A DNA stretch of 64,000 bases, taken from positions 1,901,053 to 1,965,052 of the forward strand of contig JBJCIZ010000028.1 of the NCBI GenBank assembly GCA_051294375.1. Direction: 5' to 3'. This DNA comes from Paraspadella gotoi (Eukaryota > Animalia > Chaetognatha). The notes beneath the pieces are model-generated. The model was not told the origin of the DNA. It searched no databases and saw nothing but the letters and a program-made list of their open reading frames with translations. The position numbers were made by a program, and so were the translations under genes. Positions within the stretch are counted from its first letter, which is position 1, and each line of letters begins with the position of its first letter. Below, in pieces: positions 22,601-37,400 of the stretch.

Positions 22601-25600
22601 ATGGATAACTGTTAGAAATTAAAAGTTTTGAAGATATTTAAACAATTTTTTTCATATATATATATATACACACATGAAGAATAATACTTTGTCTACCTTT
22701 AAATATTAGTAGCATTAAACGGGAGCAATGGAAGTTAGCATCTACACTTTCACCTTTCCCCCAGGACTCTTGATCTGATCATCATCAAAAATTACAGATC
22801 GGAATTGTTAAGCTTTGGCCCGTCATGCGATATCTTGTTCCATTCAAAATATCTCTATCTACAGATTTATATAGAAATGTGGCGGCTACAGTAGTGACTA
22901 ATTGTTCGCTATAGCAACTTCGGCTGCTCCTGGCTATGGGTTTAGTTGTGATGGGTGATTATGATGATAACAAAGTCGTCGCTTTGTTGTTTTTGCATAT
23001 TTTGTCAAATATTGTGACCACATCGCTGTTGTAAATTTAAATAGGTCATTAAAGATGTCAGGTCAATAGATAAAAATTTGGTAATTTTAGAATGCGCCTA
23101 TTGGACTAATATAGTAAAAAAATATCATTGCGAGCAATTAAATAATGATGGCTCGTAAAGATTTATTTAAATTTTAACTGTCGTTACACATTTTGTTGTT
23201 TCGACATTAAATGGGTGTTGTAAAAATCTAGTTTCAAAATAACATCAAAATCGCTCAATATTTTTTCGTCCAGAGACTGAAAGATTCTCTGCGCGACAGA
23301 ATGAACGCCAAAATCCTTCAAACGTTGTATCAACGTTTCTTTCAAATCTTTTACATTGTTTTTTCCGTTGAACGCCCAAAGGAATTTCCACTTAGCATCT
23401 TTCGTGGGCAGAGAGGAAGACTGAATCAAGGCCTCCATCTTGGCAATTTCCACGGTGCTGCCTTCCAAAACGGAGATACCCCGAGTGGAAATATTTTCCT
23501 CTTTGCCCTCCCGTTGTATTTTTCCTCTCCTATCCAAAATGTTTTCTCCCTTGTAGTTTTTGGCGAGGATACTCTCAGCTGGAACCCGTGGCCAATGAGC
23601 TTTCAAATCTGGTCCGATCATTTTTGCGACGTCGCAACCATCTCATTTTCGTCTTAGGTTCCCCGGAGTGGAAACTCCAAGTCTCATTGCTGAACATGAG
23701 CGACATGGTACTAGGGTTAAAGTAAAAAAGCTTGATGTGGACAAGGCTTTTCTCAGCCAGTTTCTTTATTGTGCCAAGCTCTAGACCCCTCTGAGTGACT
23801 TGAGTTTCCAGCTTGGCATATTCTTGCAAAAATGTGTCTTTTGTTGAATGCGTCTGGATTTTCTATTTTCTCATAAACGCATAAGAATGGAGTTAAAAAT
23901 GAGGAAAAAGCCGCATAAAATAATCGATAGAATTCTTTCTTCCGTGGGAGATGACGAACAAAACTTTGAGCATAAGATTAGGATACTCTTGAGCGTGTGA
24001 AATGATGTTTCTTATAAACCTGATCAAGTCTGCATACTTATTGATTTTATATCCCTTGCCGCGACATCCAAACTTGTCTAGCAACTCCCAATCAAAGTGA
24101 GTGTTCCAAGCTCCATCTTCACCAATCACTAGAGGAGAATTTTGCTCTATCAGTTCAAACCCGAACATTTTTTTCTGTGCCTTTGGAGCCATTTGTCCCC
24201 AGTGTTTGAGTGTCTCGCTAAGCTGTTGTATCTTAAAGATACGTTTACAGAGGGGCAAAAAAGCAGGGCTCTCTAGAGCTTTGACTGCTGACAGCCCTCG
24301 TTGAAGAGAGGTGACCAAAACTTCAAATTCTACCGACAATGTGGTATTTATTTTGCTTATGAGTCTTGAAACGTCAATAAGATCCTTTAATTCATTAACT
24401 TCATCCCTTAATGCGTTTGATTTCGAGCTTAAAAAGTTTCCTATTTTCAACGACCATCCTGATGGTTTTTCTATCATGTAAATAGAATCCAAACTTAATC
24501 CAAGGTGATAAATAGGTGGAGACTGTGTGTGCAGGTAGTTGACTGCATTTAGAAGTTGAAAGCAAAGTTTTTCTTTGTCGAGCGTAATTTCGTTTTTATC
24601 AGACATGATCAATCCTTTTCGCAGGCTGCATTGTGGGCTTTCGATGAAAAAATAACCTGTCATAACTTTTTTTAAATTTATCTCAGTTCCAAATCTGTGG
24701 AGGAGCAGTATGTTGTCGTGTTTTAAACTTTGATGCAGTTTTGCTTTGGCACCAAAAAGTTTTATTGTCTCAAAATCCTTTAAAGCGACTGTTTGATAAG
24801 AAGGATAAATTCTTTTAAGTCTTATGATATGAACTGAATGCACGAGCTTCATGGAGAGAAAAACTAAAAAAACACCTAAAAAGGAATAAGGCATATATTC
24901 ATTTAAAATCAAACACTCTTTATTGATTTTTTCCATTGAAATGTTTCTATAGCATTGAAGGCCAAAAACATTCATGAATTCGTTGGCATATACCATCAAA
25001 GCAACATCATCACATTTAGAACAGTCCCATTTATTGTTGCTGGTCTTAAAGATAGTATGTTTCATAGATTTAATTTTCTTAGGTATGGTTTTTAGTAAGT
25101 TGTATCTGATATCAAGCAAATCTATAGTGGAGACACTGAAGATAGATGCTGCCGAAGTCATAGTACTGATATTGTTATGAGTTAGATTGATTGTCCCAAA
25201 CCCCCTGAAACCAGCGAGTTTGACATTTTTCATTGATTTTATTTTGTTATAGCTTAGTGCAATATTCAAAAATTGTGTCACAGCCTTATGCTTTGCAAAA
25301 ATAGAGAAGTACTCTATGGTGGAGTTAATAGCTTCAACTGTCTGAAACATACTTGCTACTCGTTGATTAAAGACCAGTGATAAAGTTTGAATTTTGTTTC
25401 CACTTAGCCTTATTGTAGTTATTTTACTATCTATAAAAGCATTTGAGTTTATAGTATTAATTTCATTGTTTGAAAGATCTAGCAGAGCAGCTATTAAATT
25501 AGGAAATTGTCTAAAATAAATTTTTTTCAAACCATTATAACTGAGATCAAATACAGCATCATTTCCGACATTTATCAAATGCAAATTTCCCAGGGAGGGT

Positions 25601-28600
25601 CGCCAATACTTCTGGTTCCAACGTGAAATGAATATGTTTGTATTTATGAACAAATGATTCCCGTACAAATTTTCACAACATCCCAATAATCTGACTCTAC
25701 TTAGCTTTCGATTTGAAGTGAATAGTGTATAAAGCTCAAACGTAGTTTGATCAATGGATATTTTTGATACGTTATGGCATGCTGGAACGCCTCCTTTTGT
25801 ATCAGAGCAGCACCCGAAACTAATGTCCACAATTTGAGAATGTTTGAACGAACTGCTGTAGATTTTTTTCAATGGATTGTAAAGAACTGATATTTTTTTG
25901 AGACCAATCAAATTTCGCATCAAAGAATCATAAAGGGTTGTGAGGGAATTGTTGTCCAATATCAACTCGTTGAGCGAACTCATGAGGGGCAAGTGAATGT
26001 CTGAAATTCTGTTTCCCTCTAGATTCAAGTACTGTAGTTCAGTATTGTTCACGAAGGCAGGTTTTCTTATTTTAGTAAAGAGATTAAAACTCAGATTTAA
26101 CATTTTAACTCTGTGGAGATCAGAAAGGAAAGTAAGCTTTGTCAATTGATTTGAACTTAAATCTACATAACTTAAACCTTTTACCCCCAAAAATGTTTCA
26201 TTGCTCAATTGAGTCAAGCGATTTCGTCTTAGCCAAAGACAGTGCAATGATCTAGCTCTTTGAAACGCTTTAGGTTCGATGCGTTCAATCCTAAATTTTT
26301 CTAATCGAAGGTACATCAAATGCACTAAGTTGGAAAACAATGGTTGAGATATTTCACGAACTTGACCATCGCTGAGGCGAATTACCTTAACATTTGGCAT
26401 GTTTTCGAAAAAGCTTTCATTAAAAGACCGTATGCCACTGATGCTGACTTTGGTAGAGCGATTTATGTAAACCCGGGAGCCACGTCAAATTTGCCAGAGC
26501 GTGAATGAAAGTCTAATTTGCAACAACTTTGTGAAAATTGGAAACTCATCAATTCGCGTTCGCACACTTTCATCGATCTCTAAATGCAATTTTTCAATGT
26601 TGAGGACATCGGAAGAAAGTCCAAGGTTTGAGTCGATTCCCATGAGCGAAAGAGTCTTCAATCTATGAATTCCTCTGAAAGCGTCCGCCGGCAACCATGA
26701 GATAGAGTTTTGGTTCAATTGGAGCACGGTCAATCTGCTCAAGTTCTGGAACTGTGTGGTGATTTCTGATATTTTGTTTCGATCAAGATCGATAAATCTG
26801 AGTTGAGAGTGTTTAAAGGCAGTTGGACCGAGGTAAGATATTGAGTTGTTGAAAAAGTCAACTTTCTGCAAAGCTGGGAACTCGATGAGAAAATCCGATT
26901 CGATCCTTTGGAGTCCGATGCCAAGAAAGTTTACCTAAAATAATAAATATATTTTTTGTTGCCATTTAACACGTAGATAGTTATGAAGAGAATAATTCAT
27001 CAAATATTTTTTAGTAAAAGATTACCTAAAATCACCTTATATTTAAAATTAGAGCCCAATAAATTTATACAATTTCAAATACATTTTAACTAGATTCATA
27101 TACACCGAAAAAAACTTTTTATCACTTTTGTTTTATATTATAAGAATATTTATTGTTTAGGTTATACAAATTAATAAAAATTTGTTTTTATTATTGTATT
27201 ATTTATTTATTATTTACAACAAAAAAATGAACAAAAAGAGGGTATGAAAATGTTTTTGAAATTTAAGAAGCTGAAAAATTTTTATCAACATGTTATCAGT
27301 TATGAATTATGAATTATTACGAATATGAGTTATAAGAAAATAAAATCGTCATTAAAAACTTTAAAAAAATGTTTTTAACCTTCTAATACAAAAAAAAAAA
27401 ATTCTTTCATATTATTAATTTACATTGACTTTCAAAAAAAATTATCAATGTCGGACATCCTAAATTATCAATTGTCAAGCGTTCAACTCCAATTACCACA
27501 GGTCCTCGGCGCGAAATCGAGGTTTGAAAACAGTTTTTTAGATTGAAACATTTTGGGTCGTTGGTGGACACGTTGGTCATGTCTTTAGCGTCGAGCGTCA
27601 CGCATCCGGGCACCGGCTTTTGGTCTTCAGTTTCCATCCAGTGACAGAAGAAAATGTTGTACCATCGGTCGCTGCCTCGTTGATGAGAACAAGTCAAGCG
27701 ACATCTTGCGGAGACGTGTCGCGAATAATTTGAGAGAGAGAGACTCAGTAAGAGAGGGAGCCACAAGCGGACTATTTTTAGTAACATTGTTTGACCGGTT
27801 TTCTTTTTCAATAGTTCATTGAATTGAATTTTTTTTTCTTTTCTTTAATTAGTAACAGGTATCTGTAAGTGGTAAAGATGGACCCAATGAAAAGTCTATA
27901 ATTATAATTTTTGTTTAACAAATTTAAAATTATTTATAATTAAAGCCTGTCGCAAATCAGGGGCAAGATACGGGCTTATTCTTGTAAATGAAATGGGATA
28001 ATATTCATATCAGTTGTACCAATTTCATTCATCAAAGAGTAATAAATTTTTTATTATTTTTATTATTAGTTTAATTATCTCTACATTATAGATGGTATGC
28101 GCGATACACAATTAATGATAGTAATTTGGCAAAATTATCCGCAACTTGCTTCACTACATCTTTTTGTTTTTCTATTCAGTTGTTGTTATTTGTTTTTTTG
28201 TTTCGTCGCGCGTTTTTTCTGTCGTTGAATACAAACAATGAAAGCAGAAGAAAATCGTAATGCGGGCAAAACCCGGAATCATATCAAAAACAACGTTTTA
28301 TTGAGATCGATACATATTGAGCTAATTTGGGAACAACTTTGGGGGCCGTTTATTATTAGCGGAACGGTCATGTGTTGATTATAACTGAAAAACAATTTTA
28401 GAACTTCGGGTGATACTCAGCTTTCAGTCGATGGCCCCCCCACTACAAGAAAAAAGGTCAACCCCCGCGCCAAGGGATCCTCGGGTGCAGAGGCATCAGA
28501 GGACCCGCTGGGTCAAAGTGGTCGTCCGTGCGTCGGCGGATCGAATCGTTCAATTCATCCTCGATCTCAATGTCGCTTCTTTCTGGCGCCGGATCGTCGC

Positions 28601-30196
28601 GTTGGCCGTACGTTAATGGAGACGGGTTGAAGGTTGATAGGGCTTATCCGATCAAATGCGTCATACAATCAATGGTCAATGCGTGAAACATATATTCTTC
28701 AATCAATCAATTGACTATGATTAGTTCAACGATGGAATCCAATCAATAGGTTATTCAATCAATCAATAAATGAATCAAATGGACATGCGTACAAATAATT
28801 CGATAAATCACATCACATCAATCTAATGCAGTTTAACTCCCATCCTCTAGTCTTTTTCCTCCCTCTCTCTCCCCGTTCTCCCTCCTCACTCCCAATCTAC
28901 CGCCTCCATCCTACTCTCCTGGCCCTCTTCTCTCCGCTCTTCCCTACTCTCGTCCTCCCTCCTTCCTCCCTTCGCCCTGCTCTCACCCTCTCTCATCTCC
29001 CTCTGCCCCGCTCCCTCTCCGCTTTCCTCTTCCCCTCTCCCCTTCTCTTCCTCTTCCTATGCTGTCCCTCTCCCCGTCTCTCACCCTCGCTCCCTCTCCC
29101 CTCTTCTCTCCCTTCTCTCTTCACCCTCCCTCTCCCTCCTCCCTTCCGTCCCCCCTCTCTCCGTCCTCCCCCTCTTCCTCCTTCCGCACTCTCCTCTGCT
29201 CACCCTCTTCCTCGCTCTCTCCCTCCTTCCCCTCTCTCCCGCTCAGCCGCTCCTCTCCCCTCCCTCTTCCTCTCTTCTTCGCTCACTCGGGTTCCCCTCC
29301 TCTCCCTCCTCCTCTCGCCGTCCCTTCGCCTCTCTCACTCTCTCACCCCTCTCCTCTCTTCCTTCCCCTTTCATCCCTTCGTCCTCCCTCTCTTTCTCTC
29401 TCCCCTCATCCCTCTCTCTCTGCCTTCTCCCTCTCCTGCTCCATTCTCCGTCTCGCCTCCACCTCGCTCCGCTCCTCATCCCAATCCTCCTCTCTCTCCT
29501 TCCTCTCCTTCCTCTCCCCTCCCTCTCGCTCACTCTCGTCTCCTTCCTCCCTCCCCCTCTCCCTCTCAGCCTGACCGACCTCCTCGTCTCCTCTCCTACC
29601 TCTCGTCTTCGTCGACGCAAATCACGTCGAGTCGTCGAAACCGGATCTGTCGCGATCTTTCTTCGGTTGGCGAAGGAGGAAGAGGAGGAAGAGGAGGAGG
29701 AGAACAACGAAGACGACGACAACAACAACGACGATAAATAGTGAGTTTCACTTGACCGTTTTATCGAATAAAAACGAATGGCTTCTCGATTTAAAGAAAT
29801 TCGAGGAGATTTCTCGGAAATCGGGGGGGAATTTCTAAGAAATGAGCTGATCTTCTGTGGAGTCACGATTCGATAAAGATAAAAGCGTTGAGCGTTGAAT
29901 TCTTCCATTCGGATGTTATATTTTTGTGAATCTTTTAAAACTTTAAATAATAAGCCGAGAATGAGTCGATGTTAATGAATATTAATACAAGAATTTTATT
30001 ATTTTCCAACTTCACGAACTATCGAGAGATAGATGTTAGGGATCTAAAGAAGAAAGGTACCATTTTACATTAACTTTTAATTCTTTTTATTAATGTACCT
30101 AAGTAGATAACCCATTCGCCTAAAGAGTTTAAATGATTAACTAACAATAAATAACAAAAAATGATGATAATAATAATAATAACAATAACAAAAATG

Positions 30197-30294
<98 letters not shown>

Positions 30295-30321
30295 AATGAT
30301 AATAATATTAATAATATTAAT

Positions 30322-30396
<75 letters not shown>

Positions 30397-31360
30397 AATT
30401 TCTCTCCCTCCAGCTCCACCTTCTTCCAACCCAAACCGGCCTCCACTCTTTTCGGCGAGAGCGCCGGCGCGCGATTCGGCGCCGCCATCGTCGCCGGCGT
30501 CGACCTCAACGACGACGGCGTCGCGGACTTGGTCGTCGGGGCGCCGGGAGAGGGCGCCGGTCGTGGAGGTTAGGGGGTGGAAGGGGGAGAGAATCTAATT
30601 GATAAGTTATTATTATTAATTAATTCATTCATTCTTTCAGCTATTCCGTCTAACGTTCATTTATTTATAAATTCGTTCATTCATTTCATTTCGATTTTTG
30701 AAAAAAAAAAATTAAATTGATTTCTCACTTTATTTATTTATTTTATTACACATTGTGGCATTCGTTATTTCAGTCATTAATTCATTCATTGATTGATTCA
30801 TTCGTTAACTCAGTCAATCGCTCATTCATTCGATTAATTTATTCGTTAATTCATTCTTTCATTCATTCGATCACTCATCGATTGATAGGCAGATGGATTA
30901 ATTGATCGATTGATTGAACAATTGATTAATAGATTGATTGATTGATTGATTAATTGATTCATTGATTTATATCATTCAATCTCTCATTGATTTATTAATT
31001 CATTTATTCATTCATTCATGTATTCGATCACTGATTGATTGATCGATTCATACATTCACTTCATTTAATCTCTAATTGATTGATTAATTGATTGATTGAT
31101 TAATTAATTAATTCATCAATTCAATTTTCACCCCCCTACTCCCAAACCTCCAAAAGTCTCCACCTCTCCCGGCGCCATCTACATTTTCCACGGTTCGCGA
31201 AACAAAAGGATAAAAAGATTCTCGCAAAAGATTTCGCCGGCGACCGAGTTGAAGGCGGCGCCGATAGGGGGCGTGGTCGGGTTCGGAGCGGCGTTGGCGG
31301 CGACGGAGGATGTGGACGGAAACGGATACCCGGATGTAACCGTGGGTGAGGGGGAAAAAA

Positions 31361-31401
<41 letters not shown>

Positions 31402-31449
31402 CAATAAGAGACAGAGAGATTACCGTCAAAACCATCTTCAAAACTCCCC

Positions 31450-31496
<47 letters not shown>

Positions 31497-34400
31497 CCTC
31501 CCCCCAGGATCTCTCCGAGGCGACGTAGTGACGCAACTTTGGACGCGTCCCGTGGCGTCGGTGACTGCGACGATTGGCGTCACGCCACGCGTCATCGACG
31601 TCGCGACTCGGACGACGTTGGGATCCGTGACGCCGTCGGCCAAAGTCACATTGTGTTTGAGGTTGACCTTTGTTTTGTTTTTTGTTTTGTTTTGTTTCTG
31701 TTGTTTTTTTTGTTTTTTTAGTTTTTGGTTTTAGTCTTTGGTTTTATTTATTTTTTTTTTTTTAGTTTTTTTTTTAGCTTTTGTTTTTTGTTCTTTTTAT
31801 TTTTTCCCCATCACTATCTACTCCATCAAGCTCTCACTACATCAATTCTCAAATCTCTTTCTCCAGCTTTTCCGGCCGCGGCGTGGCCTCAGTCGGTCTC
31901 TTCAACATCACGTTTCGTCTCGACGCAGAATCGACTTCACCGAAAAAGAGAATCTTTGGTTCCGATTATAGGACGGAGTTTTCCGTTGCTAGGAGACTGG
32001 AGAGAGAGAAGAGGGATTGTTTGGAGGAGCAGGTTGGTTGAGAGAGAGGGAGGGGGAGAGGGAGAGAGAGGGAGGGAGAGCGAGATGAAGGGAGAGAAAG
32101 AGAGGAGGAATGAGAGAGGGAGAGAGAGGAGAAGAGAAGAGAGAGAGAGGGAGAGAGATTAAGAGAGAGGAGAGAGCGAGAGAGAGAGAGGAGGGAGGCA
32201 GAAAGGGAGGGGGGAAGAGAGAGAGGGAGAGAGGGAGAGAGAGGGGTAAGCNNNNNNNNNNNNNNNNNNNNNNNNNGAAAAGAGTGAGATGATAGATTCG
32301 AGAGAGAGAGAGAGCGGAGAGCAGAAAGGAGGGAGCAGCAAAGGAGGGGAGAGAGAGAAGAGGGAGACGAGGGGAGACAGGAAGAAGAGAGAAAGAGAGA
32401 GAGACGAATGAGGGAGAGAAGAGAGAAAGAGATAGGCAGACGAGAGAGAGGAAAAGAGAGGAGGGAAAGAGAGAGAGGGAAGGAGAGGAGAGAGAGGAGA
32501 GGCGAGAGAAGAGAGGAAAGAGAGAGGAAGGAGAAGAGAGGAGAAAGAGAGGGAAAGAGAGAGGGAGAGATTGATTAAAAAAGGTAAACCTTAAAGCGGA
32601 TTAAAATAAATACACCCCTCTCCCTCTCTCACTCCATCTTTTCCTCCCTCCTTCTCTCTCACTCCCTCTCTCCCTCTCTCTCTCCCTCATTCCTTCCCTC
32701 CCTCCCTCCCTCCCTCCCTTCCTCCCTCTCTCCCCCCACTCTTTTCAAAAGCTCATCCTAATCGAGGAAAATCTTCAAGACAAACTCAGTCCGATCATCA
32801 TCGAAGCCTCTTGGTCGCTCATCGATCTCCAGGGCTCCTCTTCCTCCTCCTCCTCCCTCGGTCACCCCCCAGCCGTCCTCTCCGCCGCGGAGCCGCACGC
32901 AGCGGCCGTCGCCGCCCACGTGGCCAAGGATTAGATTAACAGAAAACTACACTAGCAAACAGAGGAGAGAACCCCAATAAATCTCCTGTGCTGTTATCTC
33001 ATACAATAAAGAAGATTGCTTTAAAGTATTATTAGGTTTATAATTAGGGAAAACAATATTACTTAGAAATATACATATAAACGGAACCTTGCTGGTGTCG
33101 CAAATCACAACCTACCCTGTAGAGATCAGGAAAGATATATACGGTATTCTTCTGGTAATGAATCCCGCATAAGCCAGAGATGGTGGTGTCGGCTCTAGAA
33201 GTGATATTAGGTTGTATCTTAGGCTTATATATCAATCCTTATACTCGTAGCCAAAACCGCTCCAACCTGACGAAAGCTACTCCATTACCTACCGCCTTGG
33301 CTCGTTCCGTTCCCGATTTCCGACGCGTCCAGACCTCAATTCGCAAATTTTAATCTTTTTCCCGAATTCTTCAAAGGACTTTCCACGTCCACATTCGATC
33401 AAATCGTTCGCTAGCGATTGTTCTTCTGTTTCCGTCATCCTTCTGTCTGCCTCCAGCCCGTTCGCTCCTCTGTCGGCGGAAAGCGGAGAAGCTTTCTCGC
33501 AGCCCAAACCCTTATAATAAAAGGAAAATTCTAAATAAAATTAACTACAGCCAACCCTCAACCTAGCTACATAGTATAAAATTAGAAAAACCTAACGGAA
33601 ACTGCTTAACCCTACCGTAGAAAAAGGATTTCTAATAAAAGTTCAACTACTCGAACAACCCTAACCTAGGCTCTCTTAGGGTATCAATATTAGAAAAACC
33701 GCTGAACCGGGAACTGCTTTCAACCTCTAACCCCTGGTAGTTCATATTAGTAATTAGTTTTGTAATAGGTACCGCGTAACCCTAAGACAGCCAACTGTAG
33801 TCGCTCAAGCAACACTACTCAGAACTGCGCCTAACTAGAGAAAATATTCTAATGAAATTAACCCTAGCACAACCCTTAACACCTAGGCCTCTCATAGTTA
33901 AAATATAGAAAACCCTACGAACTGCTTCAACGCCTAACCCTAAAAAGGAAATTCTAATCAGAGCATTAACTACACAGAACCCTAACCCATAGCCTATTTA
34001 GTATAAATATAAGAAAAACCTCAAAAACTGCTTCAACCGCTAACCCTGTAAGTTCAAATATTAGTATTTTTGTAAAACTCCGCGTAACGCACCTTTAACC
34101 TCTACACACGTAGTGCTCTTAGAGCCGCAGAGAAGTCTCTCTAGACCCGCCACATAGCTCAGGAGAAGTAACATCTGACTCACGTTGTTCGCTTCTCGGG
34201 TGGAGGTGGGACGGTCTCTACGTAGGGTCTGGGCCCGTGAGCTGTGGGCCTGCGCCGATAGGTGCGAGCTTGCGTCTCTCCTTACTGAGAAAACACACTC
34301 GGACTGGTATGGAGCTCGGTGACTCCGGATGGAAGCGCTATATTTTTAGATCGGGGAATACTCCGTGTTCTGAATAGCCACATCTTACAAGCAGTAATGG

Positions 34401-37400
34401 TGCGTTGGCACGCACTCCACTATAAGCACATCAATTGTTTTTACACTCCTTATTCTCAACTCGAGACTTTTTTTCGAAGCTCGCGTAGGTACTTTTTGTT
34501 GATTCGTTCAGTCCGCCCGCCTCATAATTGTCGGGGCACGGGAATGGGATGCATGCTGGTAACCTGTTTACTCTGAATCTCTATGAGGGTTGGTCGGCTC
34601 CCTACCCTAGTACCATGAACATGTAGGACGAGAATTGACAGTTGTTAATCATTATATATTATGCAAAAAAAATGATGTCCCGATTCCGTGGCGTTGGCAC
34701 CGTCTGTCTGTACTCCGGTGCATCATATTGGATATCGGATTCCTAATGTGAAGGGGGCCGGCGGCATGGCAGGCAGGCGGGGCCTCCCGTCTTGGTCCGT
34801 CCCGTTGGACCCCCGAAAGGCGCTGGCGACGACCGGTGGCCCTTGCAGCGATGCCTGGCCCGGCCCCCGGCCCCTTCGCCTCTGCCGATGTCCCTTCTAG
34901 GGACCCAGTAAGCGTGCCAAGCGCAACTTGGAGACCGTTAGACAAAAGCAGAACACCAACTTACTCGTGAGGCTGGATGGATCGACTCTTTTAAATGCAC
35001 TATGTCGTTAGTGTGTCGCCGATATCGCGCGTGACCTGTGTCGAGTGTCGAGCTGGATATCTTCAAGTCGGTCATGCGCATGGCGAACGCGGTCCCGCGG
35101 GCCACTCTGGCCCGAGTGGAAAAGCTGAGTTTAATGGAATAAAACAAAAAGTACTGATGTCATCGTATTCCTGAACTACCTCATTGCTCATTGGGAGAAG
35201 AAGTGGAGCCTTCGGCTACTATTGCAGTCACCATGGAAAGTACCAGTTTGTGATGTCGCGCGCGCCTTTAGCCTCGAAAAGTGGTGTGTGATCTGGAACA
35301 GGAAATCAGTTGTCGATGAATAGTTTGAGGTGGAATGAGGTTTAAAATAAAAAACAAAAAACCTGTGTTTACTAAATTGATTTATGCTGTCTTTTTCCTT
35401 TTATTTAACTGGTATCCGTTGCAGGATGTATTATATAAATCAAATAATTAATCAGTTCCCTAATTATATCCGCGCAATTAGTAAACCTGACAATTGACCA
35501 TGGCAATAATCTCAGATAGGTTAATTAGCTTCAACACCTCCAAATTCGGGAACCCGGTACAAGATGCACTTGGAGACGAACCGGGGCAGCCTTTGCCTCC
35601 GTACCTCATCTTAGCAAAAAGCTCCAATATAATCTCCGCTCCGCCAGTGCCTCGAGGTGTGCGCATTCGGAATTAAACGGCTCTTTTCCGGGTCAGTGTG
35701 GGTAGGAAGTGTCGCCGATACGGGGCCCAACGCTGTGTGAGTCTTACAAACTGGGGATGTCTACTCGTAGTGGAAGGACATCCGTGTGAGTGCGCATGAT
35801 ATGGGGCATAGTTTAATGGAAAAAACTAGGTAAGTCGAAATTAACTAAAAAAGTCTTTTACGATTTTAACTAATTAACATACGCATCATTAATCATAATT
35901 GGAAGCTTGGATCAGATCCTTGAAGTGATAATTTTGTGTGTGGGTAGGAAAAGTGGGGCGATGACTCGATAGCCTCCGACGTATAAAGTCTTCACAGTGG
36001 CAACGTACGCAGGGGAAACATGACGTTTAAAATGGAAAAAAAAAAAATATGAGTCACACATTTACTTCGAGAATCTTGTTTTTATTTATTTTCTAACCCA
36101 TGATAGATTGGAGATGAAACTTGTGAGCCGGGTAGGAAAGTGAGTGAAGAAGCTAGATATAACATGCTTTCGGGACGGAAATGCAAGTTGAAAACAATAT
36201 GGGCAATGTTGGGCCAAAAAATGTGCGAGAGTCTTAAAAAGATCTTAAAGAGCATCGAGGATCGTCGCTATAGCATAAAAAGAGAGAGAGAGAGAGAGAG
36301 AGACAAGAGAGGGAGTGAGAGAGAGAAGAGAGATGTAGAGAGAAGGAGAGAGAGAGAGTGTCAGGCGGGCAGAGAGAAGAGAGAGAAGGAGAACCATAAA
36401 AACTGAGAAAGAATCTTAATAACGACCTCAAGAGCGAGCTAGAGCCCACTTCATAGAAATTAATGGAACAAAAAAAACCGGGAAAATAAAGGAGCCTCCG
36501 CATCATCGATACTGACGGAATTGTTGATGTACTAGTAATTGATTGAAGGTAATACTATTGATTGTGTATCAGTAATTTATTGGAATCCGTAATAGGAATT
36601 GATTTATTGTATTCGATGATAAATCCAATTATTGAATGCGTTGATAGTCATTGCACGTGCTGTGATGAACACGTCCATTCAGTGATGCGATGATTGGTTC
36701 ATTCATGTGATGCGATGATGATGGTCATATACATTGATCGATGAATAGTCATATAAATACAAACAAATGCGCTGTTGGTTGAAGGAAGGTGAGAGAGCGA
36801 GAGAAGAGATAGCAGAGAGAGGAGAGGAGAGATGAGAGAGAGAGAGAGGAGAAAGTAGGAAGAGAGAGAGCAGAGAATAGAGAGAGAAGAAGAGAGGAGG
36901 AAAGAAAGAGAATAAACATCCACAGAAAGTCTCGGATTGAAAATATGGGATTTGTATTGAAGAAAAAGCGGTGGAATAAATGGCAATGAATAAAAAGTTT
37001 TTAGAAGGAAAAAAATAATCAGAGAATTATTTTCCAAAAACAAAACGATCAACGCAAAAAGTCGGACAGATAGGACACAGTAACACACACAGAGAGACAG
37101 AGAGAAACAAGAGAGAGAGAGAGAAAAAGAGAGAGAGAGAGAGACAGGGCGCCTGGCAGAGAAAAAAGAGAAGAAGAAAGAGCGATATATAATAATTAAA
37201 GAGAGATGAGAGAGAGTGGAAGCTCCTAACAGCCGCCTTTCTACTCGTTATAAGATCGAGCAGTACTTTATGGCGCCCGCAATACGTAGCTGTGAGCTAG
37301 TTTTCTCTACACCAAGGACCCTTTCCGGGTCTCGCGTGCGCCCTGTTCGCTGGGCAACTCGTTTTTTACATAGTGACCCACATTATATCTAAAAAATTTT

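Noticed and set aside
28826-29560. Long Pro/Ser/Leu or Arg/Glu ORFs (also at 30070-30400, 38021-38610, 42505-42872, 50284-50770, 51826-52403)
   Set aside because: These are translations of CT/GA, AAT and ACG microsatellites.
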